Positions 1 through 13,560 of a stretch of DNA of 63,348 bases are shown piece after piece; position 1 is the stretch's first letter, and the number at the start of each line of letters is the position of its first letter. The translations under genes were made by a program, and so were the position numbers. The stretch spans positions 7,563,762 through 7,627,109 of the forward strand of contig NC_068986.1 of assembly GCF_001194135.2 (NCBI RefSeq), written 5' to 3'. The notes beneath the pieces are model-generated. The model saw nothing but the letters and a program-made list of their open reading frames with translations. It searched no databases and was not told the origin of the DNA. The DNA is from Octopus bimaculoides. Its lineage: Eukaryota.

Positions 1-46
<46 letters not shown>
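1..46. repeat. (TA)n microsatellite
   Basis: Pure TA run at the window start. Confidence 0.95.
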
Positions 47-53
<7 letters not shown>

Positions 54-1249
54 ACATGTACGTTGTAAGGAAAAATATGTGTTATATATATTGATTTGTT
101 TTGGCAAAAGGATGATGTTTGATTGAAGGCGTCCTCTACTGTAAACAATACACATTGATTAAAAATAGCGAGAATGTTGCATTCTTTTTTGCATTTTTTT
201 ACCTGATATTTCTTTAAAAAGTTGATGGAATTTTCCTGCGTTTTTATATGTTTCATGTGCCAACGTAAACAATATAATTATTCAGTTTAATGCACCTATT
301 CACGAAGAAACAAGATTAAATTGAACTGAATATAAATAAGAATAGTAACATAATTCTAAATAATCCATTCAGAAGTAAATAAACAAGGAAATATATACTT
401 AAGTTTTTTTAAAAGTTTGCCAAGTCCATACATCTTTATAGCAAAATGACGACGAAAGAAATAAGTTAGAAGGGAAAAAGGTAGAAATGGAATAAATATT
501 TTTGTACACTCTTCAAAGAAAATAAATAGCCTTAATTATATAGTAAATATGACAATGTTATTAAATTAATATATTTGTATAAGAGATTGAAATAGTGACA
601 ATAACAAGTATTAATATTTGTGCATTAACAAAAATATGTCTTAAATTTCTAGTGTTTTCAAGAGAGATAAAGAATTTACCAGACAGAAATATAGACATTT
701 CTTAGAATTTAGAAATTATATTATGTTCATGCCTATATACATACGTGCGTGTGTGTGTGTGTGTATAAAACATATATGCATACGGTTACATACGGGTTCA
801 GTGCATCTTCACTGTAGCATATATATTTTTCGCTCTTTTATTTGTTTATTTAATGAATTCTTGTTTGTATCTACATACTGCCAGGTTACAAAACATGTAG
901 TTGTTCAGCAATGAAATAACCTATTAGTTGCACGTCACATATCGGTATCAATGATAAATTGATAAATTTCTAAGAAAATATACATTGTTAGTTCTTTTTT
1001 TGTGAGATTTTGCTTTAGCTTGTATTATAAATCAATTTCTAAATTTGAAACTCATACACATGGCGTCTAGTTAAAATGCACACATACGCGCTAATACTCA
1101 TGTGTGTGTGCGCGCACACACACACATGAATGTATGCTTTTATGTCAAGTTATGTATAACAGGCAATAATTTAACGTCAAACTGGAGGTTTACTAAATAC
1201 ATTTTAGTTGATTCCATATTAATTTTTACCACGAAAAGTAACTTTCCCA

Positions 1250-3400
1250 CTGTTAGAATCTTTTTCCAGATTGTAGAAGACAAAGAAGAGTGAATTTTCT
1301 CCTCTTGTACAGAAAATCAAGTTGATTGTGCGACAAAGACATGAAAAGCTCATTGAAATTTCGAAAAGACCTTTTCCAGCATAGACTTAAAGGTCATTTA
1401 TTAGGATTCTTGCAAATGTTTTGCCAGGAATGGAAGGTAATGATATCTCAGGATAATTCCAGCGAGAGTTCCCATCTTCTTTGTTGGAGAAGATGACAAT
1501 AAGCGTATTTTAAAATTCATTTTGCTCAATGCAGATTGTTCCATATTTTGAGAACCAGAATGGAAAACCTGGTTTCGAGAGGTAGACCCCCATGTTTCAG
1601 TGAGTGAAAAGAGAAGTTGTCTGGTCCTGGAGATTTTCTTGTTTTTGTTCTGTTCAAAACATTTTCAGACTTTTGAAATGCAGTTTGTACACTCACCTAT
1701 GGCTTCTTGGGATGATGTAGGACATTTCTTAAGAAATCTTTTACTGTTGTTAAATTCTCCTTCAGTAGAGAAGGAAAAAATGTTCCACCCAATATTCAAC
1801 CATATCTTGTGGATTTATTAGGATGTTATTGTTGTCTGCAGATAAAAGGTTACTTGTTGATGTTTATACAGGACTAAACATTAGCTTCGTTCCAGCAAAG
1901 GAGATTCTGAGGTGATGAGTATCTGCATAGGTCTGAAACTTTATTCCTTTCTGTCGCCATCTTTTTGGGTTGGCATGGGTGTTTGAATTTTGATAGTTAT
2001 TTCTAAATTTTGTTTGAGGAGTTGGTTAATTTTGTTGTCGTCTTGGCACTTATTTTTGGTGAAATCAATAACATCTTTTGTTGTTACAGTGATAATATTT
2101 CAAATTGATGACCATTCCCCATCAAGAGAGCCATGGTAGATGGATTAGAACTCAACTCCAGGAGAGTAATTGTTTGAAATTTGTCTTTGGTGACTGGATT
2201 TTCAAGTTTTGCTATTTATCTTCTTCGAAATAGTAATAAGTATTTGTTTCTTGGTTTGTCCTGAATAGTAATCTTCATGTGTGTGATGAAAGACAATAGT
2301 CTATCCAGTAGTCATTATTACCGGGAGTGAAGGATATCTCTCAATGGTCCAGAAGCTGCCTGTATCTGGAGCATGGTGTATCCTTGCATTCACGAATTAA
2401 ATGGGGAATCAAAACAGGGTGCTGGTAATGAAAAGGAAGCGTTCCAAAGAGAGGCTAAGGAAGAGAATTCTACTGTGGTTACACATTCTTCATCAATGAT
2501 ACCATTCCATTGCTAATTGTTTCTTCTTATTCTTACCTTAGAATCTTCTTAGAATAGAAGTTTGGTTCTGGTTGGAACTTTCAATATGGTGTTAGTTGTT
2601 GGTAAATATTGATTTTTTAAAATCTTCCTCAGCATCAAAATTTGGAGATATGCTGAGATGAGTGGAATAAAGTTGTCTCAAAAATATGGTAGATGGAGAG
2701 TTATAAATTATTCATTGATCGTCGGCTTAAATGATCCTTGTATTAACTGCAAAACAAGCTATTTGAAATGTTTGTCTCCTTCCGTTTTCCCTTTTCAAAA
2801 CAATGTACAACCATAAACTATCTCTTTAAAGTTTCCCTTTTCTGAGAGTTGTATTTCATAGGACATCATTATTGATAATCAAATAAAAAAGTTCTGTGAG
2901 ATAAGAGCTGTGCGCCTTCATGGTATTCCAGTATTGCAAAGATCAACAAATGTTCTTATATTCCTTGTTCCAAAATCTGGTTGTTGGTCCAGTTTCAGTT
3001 TCTTAGAATTTCAAACGCATGAAAGCCTGACTCTGTGTGTATTGTTGCCCAACCAGGTATTTTCGGTTACATTTTCTAGACTCTTCCCTGTTCAGAGTTG
3101 GTAGCAAAATTCTTGGATAGGATCAGCCAGGTTTAGATGCTGGACCAGAGCCAGATCCTGGAAAGGTGACCAGCACACATATGCTGCCAACACCCAAGAC
3201 TAGAAACTTCAAGCAACACCAATCCTGCTTCCGTCATTCTTATCCTGCCATTGTTGTGGTTTTTCAGTCAAAATACATTTGTTGAAGGAAATCCGAGCAG
3301 AATGAAGTTTCATTGGCATGGATTTGTTTTGCCATGAATCTCAACTTGTCATTCGGAGTTTTCTTTCCTCAGTCGAGTTCCAGATTATCTTTGCAATTTC
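1250..3400 (-). mobile_element. Degenerate RTE-clade LINE (APE endonuclease plus N-terminal RT, part of 5' region)
   Basis: Minus-strand frameshifted peptides EDGNSRWNYPEISLPSIPGKTFARILINDL (about 1400-1490; RTE motif NYRGISLLSIAGKILARIL) and FFVFYNLEKDSNS (about 1250-1290; motif FIDLEKAFD). APE-like remnants at 2400-3080 (LFITSTLF, PTTNTILK). Many stops. Confidence 0.8.
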
Positions 3401-3451
3401 GGCTGACACGTACACACACACATGTTATAACCGATAATTATTACTAATTAG

Positions 3452-3600
3452 ATTGGCAGAAACGTTAGAACGTAGGAGAGGAAGATATTTTCTGGTAAAG
3501 TTCCAGTTGTTAAAGTCTTAAGTTAAAATCCAACTAATGACGAAATTTATGTTTCAGCCTTCCGAAGTCGATAAAATAAAAGCCCTATCAAATTCAGGCC
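3452..3600 (+). mobile_element. Highly decayed tRNA-derived SINE (same family as 27340-27579)
   Basis: TTGGCAGAAACGTTAGAAC head and CAGCCTTCCGAAGTCGATAAAATAA body match the intact copy at 27.35 kb. Confidence 0.55.
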
Positions 3601-3724
3601 TTTTGATTTGTCAAGGCCAATATGCTCATATAAAATAGCAGGGCACCAATCGCTGCCCAAAGGTTCAACTACGATGACAAAGAAAGTGCCATCCCATATT
3701 ACTACTAATATGTGACACATTCTG

Positions 3725-3726
<2 letters not shown>

Positions 3727-3773
<47 letters not shown>
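3727..3773. repeat. (CA)n microsatellite
   Basis: Pure CA run. Confidence 0.95.
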
Positions 3774-3775
<2 letters not shown>

Positions 3776-4193
3776 GTAGACTGCAATAAGAGCGGTATAA
3801 CTTAAAAGAAGAGAAATTACTTCATGTAAAATGTTACATACAAATCTTAACTCTACCTGGGTTATATAATATCAAGAACCAGGTTTCTTGAATGATTTTC
3901 AAAACGAAAGATACCTGATTTTATAGAGAATGACAATGGAAGTCTCTTTGATGTTCATTTCAAAGAGAGGAAAAGTAACTGGAATGACTGCTTGGAACTT
4001 GACGTATTGATCAACGACATTCTGTTCAATCGGCACGTAATACTGCAATTAAAATCTATAAAACGAAACTGTAAATGAAATAATTACTTACCTACATATA
4101 TACATGCATACATACATACATACATACATACATGCATACATACATATGGAATCATATATATATATATATATATAATTCCAAGGAATATATATA

Positions 4194-4228
<35 letters not shown>

Positions 4229-4429
4229 NNNNNNNNNNNNNNNNNNNNNNNNNNNNNNNNNNNNNNNNNNNNNNNNNNNNNNNNNNNNNNNNNNNNNNNN
4301 NNNNNNNNNNNNNNNNNNNNNNNNNNNNNNNNNNNNNNNNNNNNNNNNNNNNNNNNNNNNNNNNNNNNNNNNNNNNNNNNNNNNNNNNNNNNNNNNNNNN
4401 NNNNNNNNNNNNNNNNNNNNNNNNNNNNG

Positions 4430-5018
4430 TGCGAGGGATGTAGGAGAAGTGATTGGTGGGTATATTAATGTATATGGTGGTGTAATAGTAGCGATAGGTA
4501 AAGCAAGCCTTACGTTTTAGTTGAAGTTGTGTTGGTCTTCCTGTAAGGGGATGTAGGATGGGTGCTATTTAAGCTCATTATTCCGGTTTTAATCAAGTGC
4601 ATCTCCACGTGATTTTATCATTGAGGGATCCGTCGTATATTTATAGCACCGGCGGTGTTAGTACAGGGAAGCAACCTTAAATTTAGGTGAAAAGGGGGCT
4701 AAATCTGGTCTTATTCGTATCTACTTATAATTAATAATACTTAGAGGGAAAGTTCTTTTATGCATATTTAGTTTAGCTTAGAAGGTGTAGTGTATTATAT
4801 ATATAATTATACTTAGAGAATGATTATTTAGTAGCGTGAAGACAGATTAGACTAGATTCATATCTCCTGTTTAATAGGTCGTTCTTAGCCGTTAGGATCT
4901 CAAGGCACTCAGTTAAACAGAGCTGACAGCGTCTGTTAGTTGGGTTATAGGAATTAGTTACTTTTAGTATGTGCCACTTTAGTTTATATTCTATCTTATT
5001 GTCGTACCCTATCATTTA

Positions 5019-5056
<38 letters not shown>

Positions 5057-5161
5057 TCCAAGGAATAAATAATGTCATGCTACTGCCAGTATTATGAATA
5101 TANNNNNNNNNNGTCATGCTACTGCCAGTATTATGAATATATGCCTCTGTATTTATATTAG

Positions 5162-5192
<31 letters not shown>

Positions 5193-5700
5193 GCACGTAT
5201 ACACACACTCCTGTTTAGTACTTGTTTAGGCTGCAGGAGCGAACCTATGTTTAAAGAAGTTTTGATTATTCCTTTAGATATTGTCCATCGAATAATATAT
5301 CAGCCAATGTGTATATTTTGTTTTTGAACGATGCAGTTGTAATTTAAGGGTGATTCAGCTGTTACTTGTAGCAGCTCCCGCGACAACCAAGAATCTTCCC
5401 TATTGTTTCGTAGTAAGGTTGTGAATAGCTTTCGAGATTTAAGCCACCCGTTTTTTCGTCGCAGTACCCACATTAATCAAAGTACTTTGGTGTATGATAT
5501 GTTATTCTTTTGCTCCTTATCAGCAGTTTCATCCAGCTCTGATTCTGGTCGTGTAAATTATCATCCGATAAAAGTCAGCCACCATGCTTTTCCCCTCCCC
5601 TGTATGAGTATCTTGGTGAAATCGTTCTCTTTACACATCTTGCACCACACCGATAATTTCTGGAATGATATGTAAATAAAAATATAAAGTGTATTATTAA
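4430..5700 (-). mobile_element. Penelope-like element remnant (linker, GIY-YIG endonuclease, pLTR), interrupted by a microsatellite block at 5016-5210
   Basis: ORF 4824-5015 (KLKWHILK...NRRCQLCLTECLEIL...LLNRRYE...CLH) is a typical PLE GIY-YIG C-terminus. The N-half (TTASFKNKIY...) is at 5230-5400 and an ISPRYSY linker is near 5600. Confidence 0.8.
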
Positions 5701-6119
5701 CAATATTAGATAATCTGTTTCACTAAACGAAACAAAATTTCTCGAAATTAGATTTAAATGCAGAATAGTTATCATAAATCGGGATGATTTTGCACGAACA
5801 CTTAAATGTCTGCAAAAATTATATTTCTAGCGCATTTATAATGTAATTTGAATTCAGTTTATTCTTAAGAGCGTCCCATAGACATCCCCCCCCTTTAAAT
5901 ATCTTACGTTATAAAATATTTCTATAAAAAGACTGAAATCTTCATTTGATTTTATCATTGTTTCATCCATTGTTTTAACAAAGTTTTCCCTTATGGTCCA
6001 ACACTTTGTCAGTTATTTTAGGCTCCATTTCTTGTTTTTATTCCCGATGGATTTGGATAGAATTCGGAGAAGTGTGTTATCGCTCTCAAATGCGAAATGT
6101 CCCCAGTGTTCTCTTGTAT

Positions 6120-6970
6120 TATTATGATGATTATTATTATTATTACTATTATTATCATATATACACAACAGACTGTTCGAAAAGAAAAATTCATGAGATC
6201 GGGCTACACCATGTAACCTTACATGTCAAGAACCCTCCTAAATATCCTAACTGTCCCTAATAATTTTCTGGAGCTGTAATAAACTGGGTTCTATGCCTAT
6301 TTCCTCCATCCATCTCTCCAGGGCCTTTAGAGATAGTTCCAAATGCACCTATAGCTACTGGGATACATTTTACCCACACTTTCCTTAATCTCTGTAATTC
6401 AATAGCTAGCTCCTGGTACTTTGCTATTTTTTCTATACCTCTCATATTGTTTTTGTCATGATTTGGGTCTGTAAAGTCAATTATCTGGCACTTTCTATTC
6501 TCTTTATCTATTACCACTAAATCAGGCCCTCTAGCTTTTATTACACTGTCTATCTGAATGTATAAGTCCCAAAACATCTCGTATATCTTACTTTCTAGTA
6601 CTTTACTAGGTTCATGTTCATACTATTTATTAGTTTGTTCAAATCCTAGCTTGCTACATAAACCCCAGTGGATTACTTTCCTTAGGTTGTCATGTATTTT
6701 CTTGTATTCTTTCTGCTACATTCACTTACTATATGAGCAACGCTTTCTGCTTTTGATTTGCATAACCTACATTTGGAATCTACTTGATTTTTGTCTATCA
6801 TGGCTTTTATCCTATTAGTCTTTAATGCTTGATCTTGTGCTGCTACTAACAAACTTTCTTTCTCCTTGTTTAGCTTTCCATTCTGCAACAATAACCATGT
6901 CTCAGTACTACTATTTTCCTTCTTTGGTTGCTTTTATTATGGGTTTGTCTTTACAGCGTTTACTTTTTGG
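6120..6970 (-). mobile_element. 5'-truncated R4/Dong-like non-LTR retrotransposon (zinc knuckle plus restriction-like endonuclease) ending in a (TAA)n tract
   Basis: ORF 6682-6891 LVAAQDQALKT...CRLCKSKAESVAHIVSEC and ORF 6257-6577 GPDLVVIDKENRKCQIIDF...KYQELAIEL...IPVAIGAFG. Degenerate (TTA)n at 6118-6155. Confidence 0.85.
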
Positions 6971-7219
6971 CAGAACATCGCTGGTAGACATCTGTTGATG
7001 TTTCTTTCGTATTTATAATTATTACTGATGTATAAGCGAGAAACCTAGAAGAAAAAGCAATGAACATATATATATATAGAGAGAGAGCTTGTATAAATAT
7101 GGATGCATAAGTAATTAAAATTTTACTCACAGGCTTGCAATTTTTCGTATAGAAATATTGCAATCCATGTGTTTACGTTTTCACGCACGTGTTGCTGTGG
7201 TAGCGCATCTGAGTGAAGC

Positions 7220-7321
<102 letters not shown>

Positions 7322-7487
7322 TCCATATAAGAAAAATCTTTGAGTTATGGCTTACATTAGGACATAATATTCTTTCATTGTTTTTGCGGTTTCTTAATTC
7401 CTGCTGTGTGATGGTTTCAGATTTGATCGATCTTCCCGGCAGCTCGCTGTCACATGTCTAGGCTACTTGCTGTTCACTGCAGTAGTC

Positions 7488-7491
<4 letters not shown>

Positions 7492-7545
<54 letters not shown>
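7492..7545. repeat. (TTA)n microsatellite, possibly a LINE 3' tail
   Basis: Pure TTA run. Confidence 0.9.
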
Positions 7546-7546
<1 letters not shown>

Positions 7547-7856
7547 TTTCATTAACATCTTCTTTCAATTCTGTTTCCGTTTCTTGCCGAATGTTTTCCT
7601 GACACCTAAGGCAGAGAAACTGCTAGGCCATTAAAATAAACACACCAGATTGTCCATTTACAAAGTTTTGTGATAGAGGGAAAACAGAGAGAGAAAGGAA
7701 ACAATAAAAAAATAAAGGAGTAAACAAATAAAATAAAGAGGGAAAAGGAAAGAAAAGTCACAGCGAAAATGCTCTTCTCTATACGTGTGACGTACCAGTT
7801 AAGACGATCTTTCGCATTTCATCCATGGATGATAAACCAGGGACCATTCTTAAAAA

Positions 7857-7902
7857 TCTTCTTCTTCTTCTTCTTCTTCTTCTTCTTCTTCTTCTTCTTC
7901 TT

Positions 7903-7997
<95 letters not shown>
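7857..7997. repeat. Compound (CTT)n(TTA)n microsatellite
   Basis: Abutting pure trinucleotide runs. They account for the poly-F/L/I ORFs. Confidence 0.95.
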
Positions 7998-7998
<1 letters not shown>

Positions 7999-8592
7999 TC
8001 ATGTAGTTAATTGCTTCAATTTGTTGTTTCCTTTTTATACTGAATGTGCAAAACCTCCATTTTGTAAGCTATTTTTTCATTGTCCTCGACCTTCTAACCA
8101 TTTCATCCCCTCCTCCTGCTCTTCGTCTTCTTTCCAGTGTATACTTCAATGGATCGAGCTAACGAGCTGACTGTATATATTTGGATACAGTCCTATCTTG
8201 CGAGGACCGAAATGTTGGGAACGGTGTGGCCCGGAGCCTTCAATTGTTTCATCTTAAAGAGGAGGCTAGGTATTCTTTAAGAAAATCTTTGGTTTTAGAA
8301 TTAATGCAACGGTAATTGGTGCCATTTATTTGATGAAAAAATAGTTTTTGACACCCACTCCTGCTTAAAAGATATTTCCTTATCATGGAAACACATTTCC
8401 CTTAATCTTTAAGCAAGTTTACTAAACAATATTATTGCTCTTAGCAAATGTTACATTGTTTTGCAGCTATATTGCCATGCCCACTGAGGGAATTGGTTGT
8501 TATTTTTCTTTTATGTTTAGGCTTCTTTTCCGCTAATCTGTTTATCTCTGAAAGTGTTTGTCGACACGAAGTGGAATATAAAAACTGACTCA

Positions 8593-8647
<55 letters not shown>

Positions 8648-9329
8648 CTTTTGTTACCGAAAAGAAAATTAGTTTGGCTACAGCACAGAAAGGAGATAAA
8701 GGATGGAATCGCTATTTTTGGTAAAAGATAAAATAAACCTTATGTGTAAAGAATTGGAAAGAGATAAAAACTGGTTCCTATAGCAAGAATTATGATGGCA
8801 ATAGTTCGATAAAATAACATTCTTCCTCATAGACTCAGTTTCATCTAAATTGATAATAACTTCAGCCAGTTCAAATGAAAAAAAAGTGTTTCCTGTAGCT
8901 GATGCATAATAACTCTGGTTTTTATGAGTTTGTGTAAAAACCAACAAGCAGCCGATCCAGATGTGGCCAAATATATATCAAGTTTAAAAATGTGTACTGT
9001 GAATAAATGCAGTGAAGTTGCTATAATTTATTTAGAGGACTTGTTTAACTAGACAATATTTTGTGCTGAAACATTTCTACAAATGAACAATTAATTATGA
9101 TATATTGATTGTTGTTACTGGCACATGGCCAGATATTTGAGGAGGCTACACTCAATTATTTCTGACCGACATAATAATTTTGACAACATCAATAAAATCT
9201 CATCTAGAATTTGAACACATAAACAAAAGAATTGTAACAAATAAAGCTTATGTATTTTACTGGGAACTTAAAGAATTGCTACCGATCCACTTCTGATTAA
9301 TTATGTATACATTACTTATGTATGTATGA

Positions 9330-10131
9330 ATTTGTGTTTATTTTTTACTTTATTCAAGTCCTTTTTTAAGAGAGTTCAAATCGGTCGTTAAGGGAGTTTT
9401 TGAGTTAAGAGAGTTCCCAGAGTTTGTAAGTATGTGGTTGAATTGGTGTGTTGATTGAGCTGCCCTGCTCACACCCAACTGTGTGCATCTATTCACCTAA
9501 AGAATCTCAGATGGAGAGTCTTTGGAATGTCTTACAAATCTTCACTGTGCCACTAATAGAATCCGCGACAGTTTCTTTTAATCTTTCTTCGAAAAACCTA
9601 GTATTTTAAAGTTTTTGTGTAAATTTACCAACAGGTGAAACTATGGTAATTAACCGAACCGTAAGTGCGCATCCTCTGTACATTTTGCTAGGCACCACTC
9701 ACAAAACACAACTCATCATTTCCGTTGATGATGTGGACTAATGCTAGAATGAAACTTTTGCAATGATCACAAATCAATATGTAACGGAGGTTATATTTTG
9801 GAATTTCTGTCTCACCGTTTGTTTTCTGCATAAATTTTCTTGGAGGTCGATAATTCCTTCCAAAGTTGTGATTTTTGTGCAGGCGTCTGTAGATTTCCAG
9901 AAGGCCCTTCACGAACGCCTTGATGCGAGCAATAATGAGTTGCATTCGAGTATTTATTTGAACCTCCGTTTTAAAGCATCTTTGCATTTCAGCTACATCT
10001 TCACACTCAGCAGCACTTTAATGCTTAATACTTCTACTATTATTTCAAATTAGTCATACATCTAAAATAGAGTGTTTGTGTGAATTATAATGATTTAAAA
10101 TGAGGATACATTTTTTTTTCCATACAACCTG
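9330..10131 (-). mobile_element. Decayed IS630-Tc1-mariner element (DUF4817-like HTH N-terminus)
   Basis: TA-flanked end TA|CAGGTTGTATG at 10131. Minus-strand VAEMQRCFKTE...IIARIK resembles the VQRxFRxxF...TIxRI HTH. GNDELCFVSG resembles the first catalytic-D region. Confidence 0.5.
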
Positions 10132-12408
10132 TATATTTGCCTAGTTATTTACTAGACATCAATACACACATTTTATAATCGATAAAGGGTTAATGGTGTA
10201 AAAAAAAATTAGACATGAATTTCTGGAATTTTGGATGGTGACAGCAACACTTTAGAAAAGTATTTAAGAGATTCACCGATCGTAGTTTCAATTAATATAT
10301 CATGAATGAATTATCATTTTGTCAGGTGATGAGCAAAATTAAGTTGCTGTAGATTAAATGATGCCATTTAGTGGTTTTCATATTCGATATTTTTGACATT
10401 GCTTGTTGCATTTATCATTGCTAATTGTAATTTGACGCAAAACAATTATGTAAATCACACTTCTCGTAACAAAGGTTTCAGTTTACATTTTAACTAATTT
10501 TATGGTGCACACGATAAATGCTGCACACGAGGCTCTAAATACAATGAAAATGATATCGAGATATCAGTAAAAGCGGATGAAAGTGATGAAAGATCGAGTG
10601 GTGGATGAGCAAATATTTACAAGGATCGTCTCTCTCCTTTAGTGCAAAAGTGCACTTTTTGCTTCCTCGGTTACTTTTTAAGCACCAGAATAGATATGTG
10701 ATAATACTAAGAATCAATATAGAATCATAATACAAGAAACTAAGATATTTAGTAAAATAGTGTAGAGCTCAAAGACAAACATTACAACTGGCGGATGCAG
10801 TTAGTGATATATTCCGACAAAATTCATAAAAGTAAAATTCACAGAATGGAATATTCTTTTATGCGATGAAAAGATTCTCCACACACTAACTTTTACCATT
10901 TTGTGAACTTTATAGAAGCAGTACATTATCTAATTAGGTTCCATAATATTTCTGTTAATACACAGCATCTTATAGTCATTGTAAAGTGGGGTTTCAACAC
11001 ATTGAAAAAATGTTCCTTTTGAAATTCCGGTGTAATTGCATTGGAAACATATTAGTTTTACAAATATGAGATGTAACAAAACAAAAAAAAAATGCAAAAC
11101 CATTTCTATGTCCAGTTATATATATCGGGACGATTCCCAATATATACCATTCCCTTCAGAGCGCAATATATTACACTTTTTCGGTTTCAAATTACATTGC
11201 TATGAAGCAATCGTGAATCATTTGCTACCATTATCTTCTCTTACTAATATAGGTACACCATAAAATTAGTTAAAATGTAAACTGAAACCTTTGTTACGAG
11301 AATAGCAGTTAATATTCACTTCAAGATCAAAAGCTGTATTTACAGTGAACACATTACTACAATAATAATCTCTCCTAATAACCACTAAACCAAAATTGAT
11401 ATAATGTAAGGAATATATTTTCTATATTACGGTCAATGGATGCTCGAGCTTCCCTTTGGAACCACTATGAATATTAACCGAAGTAACGTATGTTATATGT
11501 ACAAACCTCGCGGTAGATTCGTCTTCTAACGTCATAATGAAAATGTTCCATTCTATGGAGCATCAAAGATATTTTATTAGATTATCACACCTTATTAGAT
11601 TTTGATATTTCTCTGAAATGTTGCACCATTTCTATGGGTATCATTAATGGGTCATTTCTTTTGATTCCAGCTAAATTCTATGGTGATAGTTTATTTCATT
11701 GCTTCCTTTTAAAACAAATATTTGATATAAAAATGTATTTGGTTATTTATGTAAACATGAGCTTTTATAATATGATTTACTTTGATAATGTCTCAATTTT
11801 AATTATTTATCAATGACCACAATTATTTGTAATATTTTCGATATTCGCTTCTGATTTAGGATCAGATTGGTCTCTGACGATTCTTAATTTTGAAGGCCTG
11901 GAGTAAAATAACTGATTTAATCTCAGAACAATATTGGCATCTAAATTTTCGACCCCTCATTATTGGAAGTCCAAATCGATTCCAAATCGATCTAGAATAT
12001 AGATCAATAAATATATTGTGAATGTTAGAAAAATATAGCTATGGTGATATTATACGAAAGCACGCACATATTTATTCCTTCTGTACTTACGATGTATGGG
12101 AAAAGGGGTGGGAACTTCTGATGGACCTTTCTAAGGTTCATTCACTATTTCTAAGAGGAAACGTACCCGATGTTGTTCTAGAAGCTATACCCTAGAATTG
12201 TCATCCCGAATATATTGTAGTCAGGAATTATGTTTATACTGCAGTGGATAGCTTAAGGGGAGTATTTTGGATTTTCACAGTTTGTTATTTAAACATTTTG
12301 TGCACAATACAGAAAGCAACGGAAACACTGATAATATATGGTTTCTATTCTATGTGCTGCAAAGGGAAACTCTTGACGGGATGTTTGATATATATATATA
12401 TATATATA

Positions 12409-12808
12409 NNNNNNNNNNNNNNNNNNNNNNNNNNNNNNNNNNNNNNNNNNNNNNNNNNNNNNNNNNNNNNNNNNNNNNNNNNNNNNNNNNNNNNNNNNNN
12501 NNNNNNNNNNNNNNNNNNNNNNNNNNNNNNNNNNNNNNNNNNNNNNNNNNNNNNNNNNNNNNNNNNNNNNNNNNNNNNNNNNNNNNNNNNNNNNNNNNNN
12601 NNNNNNNNNNNNNNNNNNNNNNNNNNNNNNNNNNNNNNNNNNNNNNNNNNNNNNNNNNNNNNNNNNNNNNNNNNNNNNNNNNNNNNNNNNNNNNNNNNNN
12701 NNNNNNNNNNNNNNNNNNNNNNNNNNNNNNNNNNNNNNNNNNNNNNNNNNNNNNNNNNNNNNNNNNNNNNNNNNNNNNNNNNNNNNNNNNNNNNNNNNNN
12801 NNNNNNNN
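12409..12808. other. Assembly gap, one of several N-runs (others at about 4229-4428, 14674-14941, 19396-19530, 26141-26432, 29463-29889, 41716-41838, 58813-58954)
   Basis: N-runs, nearly all bounded by (TA)n or (CA)n tracts, consistent with microsatellite-driven contig breaks. Confidence 0.95.
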
Positions 12809-13039
12809 ATATATACATATATATATATATATACACACATATATATTGTGTTTTGGGCTAGTAATTTTTGGGCTAAATAAAAAATGGACATAAGTTAGAA
12901 TAAGAACAGTGATAAACGAGTGAAGAACGAATATATAGTGCGTGTGTTTATTTGGCAAAAAAAAAATGACCATCTCGAAATACAACAGTATCTGTTTCAA
13001 CACATGTCTTCACATCATGAATCTTGCAACAAAAATTCA

Positions 13040-13041
13040 TA

Positions 13042-13088
<47 letters not shown>

Positions 13089-13092
13089 ATAT

Positions 13093-13138
<46 letters not shown>

Positions 13139-13224
13139 ATGTGTATATATATATATATCTGTGTGAGTGTGTGTATTCGTGTGTATGAGTGTGTGTGTGT
13201 GTGTGTGTGCGAGAGAGAGCTAGA

Positions 13225-13275
<51 letters not shown>
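13040..13275. repeat. Compound microsatellite (TATC)n-(CA)n-(TA)n-(GT)n-(GA)n
   Basis: Read directly from the sequence. Confidence 0.95.
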
Positions 13276-13277
<2 letters not shown>

Positions 13278-13329
13278 TGTGTGTGTGTTTGTGTATGAGT
13301 GCATTTATGTATGTTTTGCTTGTGTCAAG

Positions 13330-13560
13330 TAGTGAGTCTCGACGTTGATATCAATATCCATCTGTCGTTTGGTTGTGCTATTCTCAGTTAATTTAATATC
13401 AACAAAGCTCTTGTGGCAGTGATGAACAAAAGGCATAAGCATTCCGCCATATGCATCTGTACTCTTCTCTCCTTCCTTCTTGGTTCCTGCATAAAACTTG
13501 TCTCCCACTTGCTTTTTAACCCTCCTCCTGCGCACTTTCCTGAGTGTTTCTCTCCAGAAG
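13330..13560 (-). mobile_element. Possible decayed 3' end of a Jockey/I/CR1-type LINE
   Basis: Minus-strand fragments AFCSSLPQEL and DIKLTENSTTKRQMD weakly resemble the terminal NSLP...FKxxLD motif. Confidence 0.3.

Noticed and set aside
3120-3400. HDV-like ribozyme expected at an RTE 5' end
   Set aside because: No nested double pseudoknot could be identified by eye. The extreme 5' end appears truncated or decayed.
3907-4077. Open frame KIPDFIENDNGSLFDVHFKERKSNWNDCLELDVLINDILFNRH...
   Set aside because: Short, with no recognisable family and no convincing start or splice pair.
4596-4640. Possible eroded hammerhead in the first PLE pLTR (minus strand ACGACG-GATC...GATA-AAAT-CACGTG)
   Set aside because: Both core boxes are too degenerate to distinguish from chance.
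5075-5141. Apparent tandem duplications around 10-N gaps (also about 15130-15225 and 52476-52565)
   Set aside because: Identical sequence on both sides of a fixed 10-N spacer is the signature of unmerged overlapping contig ends.
12115-12175. CTGATGG...GGAAACGTA hammerhead-like words
   Set aside because: A9 is missing, and neither stem I nor stem II pairs convincingly.
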